The notes beneath the pieces were generated by a model, which worked only from the letters and a program-made list of their open reading frames with translations, made no database searches and was not told where the DNA came from. From contig MU058463.1 in NCBI GenBank assembly GCA_013265495.1, positions 4,548,244 through 4,570,666 of the forward strand: a stretch of DNA of 22,423 nucleotides. Direction: 5' to 3'. The stretch comes from Vicugna vicugna (Eukaryota). The position numbers were made by a program, and so were the translations under genes. Below are positions 21,055 through 22,423 of this stretch, in pieces; position 1 is the first letter of the stretch, and every line of letters starts with the position of its first letter.

Positions 21055-22126
21055 TCAAAACTACAATGAGTTATCACCTCACACCATCATTAAAAAGTCC
21101 ACAATGATAAATGCTGGAGAGGGTGTGGAGAAAAAGGAACTATCCTATACTAATTGGTAGGAATATAGTTTGGTGTAGAGATTGTGGAAAACAGTATGGA
21201 GATTTCTTTAAAGAGTGGAAATAGACTTACCATAGGACCCAGCAATCCCCCAGGCATATATCTGGAGGAAACTCTAATTTGAAGACATCTGCATCCCACT
21301 GTTCATAGCAGTACTATTTACAATAGCCAAGACATAGAAACAACCTACATGGCCATCAACAAATGTTTGGATAAAAAAGGTGTTATATATATATGGAACG
21401 CTACTCAGCCATAAAACAGAATGAAATCATGCCATTTGCAGCAACGTGGATAAACCTGGAGATTGTCATTCTAAGTGTAGTAAGCCAGAAAGAGAAAGAA
21501 AAATACCACATGATGTGACTAGTATGTGGAATCTTAATAAATGACACAAAAGTACTTACTTACAAAAAAAAACCAGACTCACAGACAAACTTATGGTTAC
21601 CAGGGGGGAAAGAGAGGTGTGGAGGGGTCAATTAGGAGTTTGAGATTTGCAAATGCTAACTACTATATACAAAATAGACTACTATATACAAACTAGGTCC
21701 TACTGTACAGCACAGGGAATTATATTCAATACTTTGTAATAACTTACAATGAAAAATATGAAAAGGAATATATATATATATATATANNNNNNNNNNNNNN
21801 NNNNNNNNNNNNNNNNNNNNNNNNNNNNNNNNNNNNNNNNNNNNNNNNNNNNNNNNNNNNNNNNNNNNNNNNNNNNNNNNNNNNNNNNNNNNNNNNNNNN
21901 NNNNNNNNNNNNNNNNNNNNNNNNNNNNNNNNNNNNNNNNNNNNNNNNNNNNNNNNNNNNNNNNNNNNNNNNNNNNNNNNNNNNNNNNNNNNNNNNNNNN
22001 NNNNNNNNNNNNNNNNNNNNNNNNTATATATATATATATATATATATGGGTGTATAACTGAACCACTATGCTGTACACTAGAAACTAACACAACATTGTA
22101 AATCCACTATACTTCAGTTTAAGAAA
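21055..22126 (+). mobile_element. 5'-truncated LINE-1 (ORF2 C-terminus and 3' UTR), spanning an assembly gap
   Basis: tcaaaactacaatgagttatcacctcacacc...tgctggagagggtgtggagaaaaaggaac...ctactcagccataaaa...cttatggttaccagggg...ctatacttcagttt aligns to 7787-8600. Confidence 0.96.
21768..22047. repeat. (TA)n microsatellite containing a 238-N assembly gap (21787-22024)
   Basis: TA runs on both sides of the N stretch. Confidence 0.95.
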
Positions 22127-22138
22127 GTTGGTATGGTA

Positions 22139-22423
22139 TACCATACACAAAAATAAAATCAAAATGGATCAAAGACTTAACCATAAGACAAGATACAATA
22201 AACCTCATAGAAGAAAACACAGATATAACATTATCTGACATACATCTCAAAATGTTCTCCTAGGGCAGTCTACACAAGCAACAGAAATAAAAGCAAGAAT
22301 AAACAAATGAGACCCAGTTAAACTTACAAGCTTCTACACAGCAAAGGAAACCATAAACAAAACAAAACAACAACCTGTGGAGAAAATTTTTGCAAAAGAT
22401 GAAACTGACAAAGGCTTGATCTC
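22139..22423 (+). mobile_element. LINE-1 ORF2 fragment (post-RT region), continues past the window end
   Basis: Translates PYTKIKSKWIKDLTIRQDTINLIEEN..., EIKARINK*DPVKLTSFYTAKETINKTK..., EKIFAKDETDKGLI, matching L1 ORF2. Confidence 0.95.

Noticed and set aside
21656..22091. ORFs of 102-140 aa
   Set aside because: Artefacts of the N gap and the (TA)n tract.

Overview
AT-rich, CpG-poor mammalian genomic DNA, most likely intronic or intergenic. The LINE-1 3' UTRs look cetartiodactyl and possibly camelid; this is an inference from recall, not a search result. I recognise no host protein-coding exon, RNA gene, CpG island or CRISPR array. The only recognisable protein homology is decayed LINE-1 ORF2. 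Much of the window is transposon-derived: five L1 pieces, including one with several large internal deletions that remove ORF1 and the RT domain; L2, MIR and MER5A relics; and a 4-kb cluster of five LTR elements (14.6-18.7 kb). That cluster includes an ERV1/MER41-like solo LTR inserted in an MLT1C with a clean 4-bp TSD. The first ~5 kb is mostly unique sequence with enhancer-like motif clusters, a DR3 nuclear-receptor site, an 11-bp inverted repeat and a few possible small exons. There is a 238-nt assembly gap inside a (TA)n tract. I found no convincing new biological system. The best leads are the internally deleted L1, the inverted repeat pairs and the candidate regulatory elements and microexons. 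Repeat family names come from recalled consensus sequences, and most boundaries are approximate.
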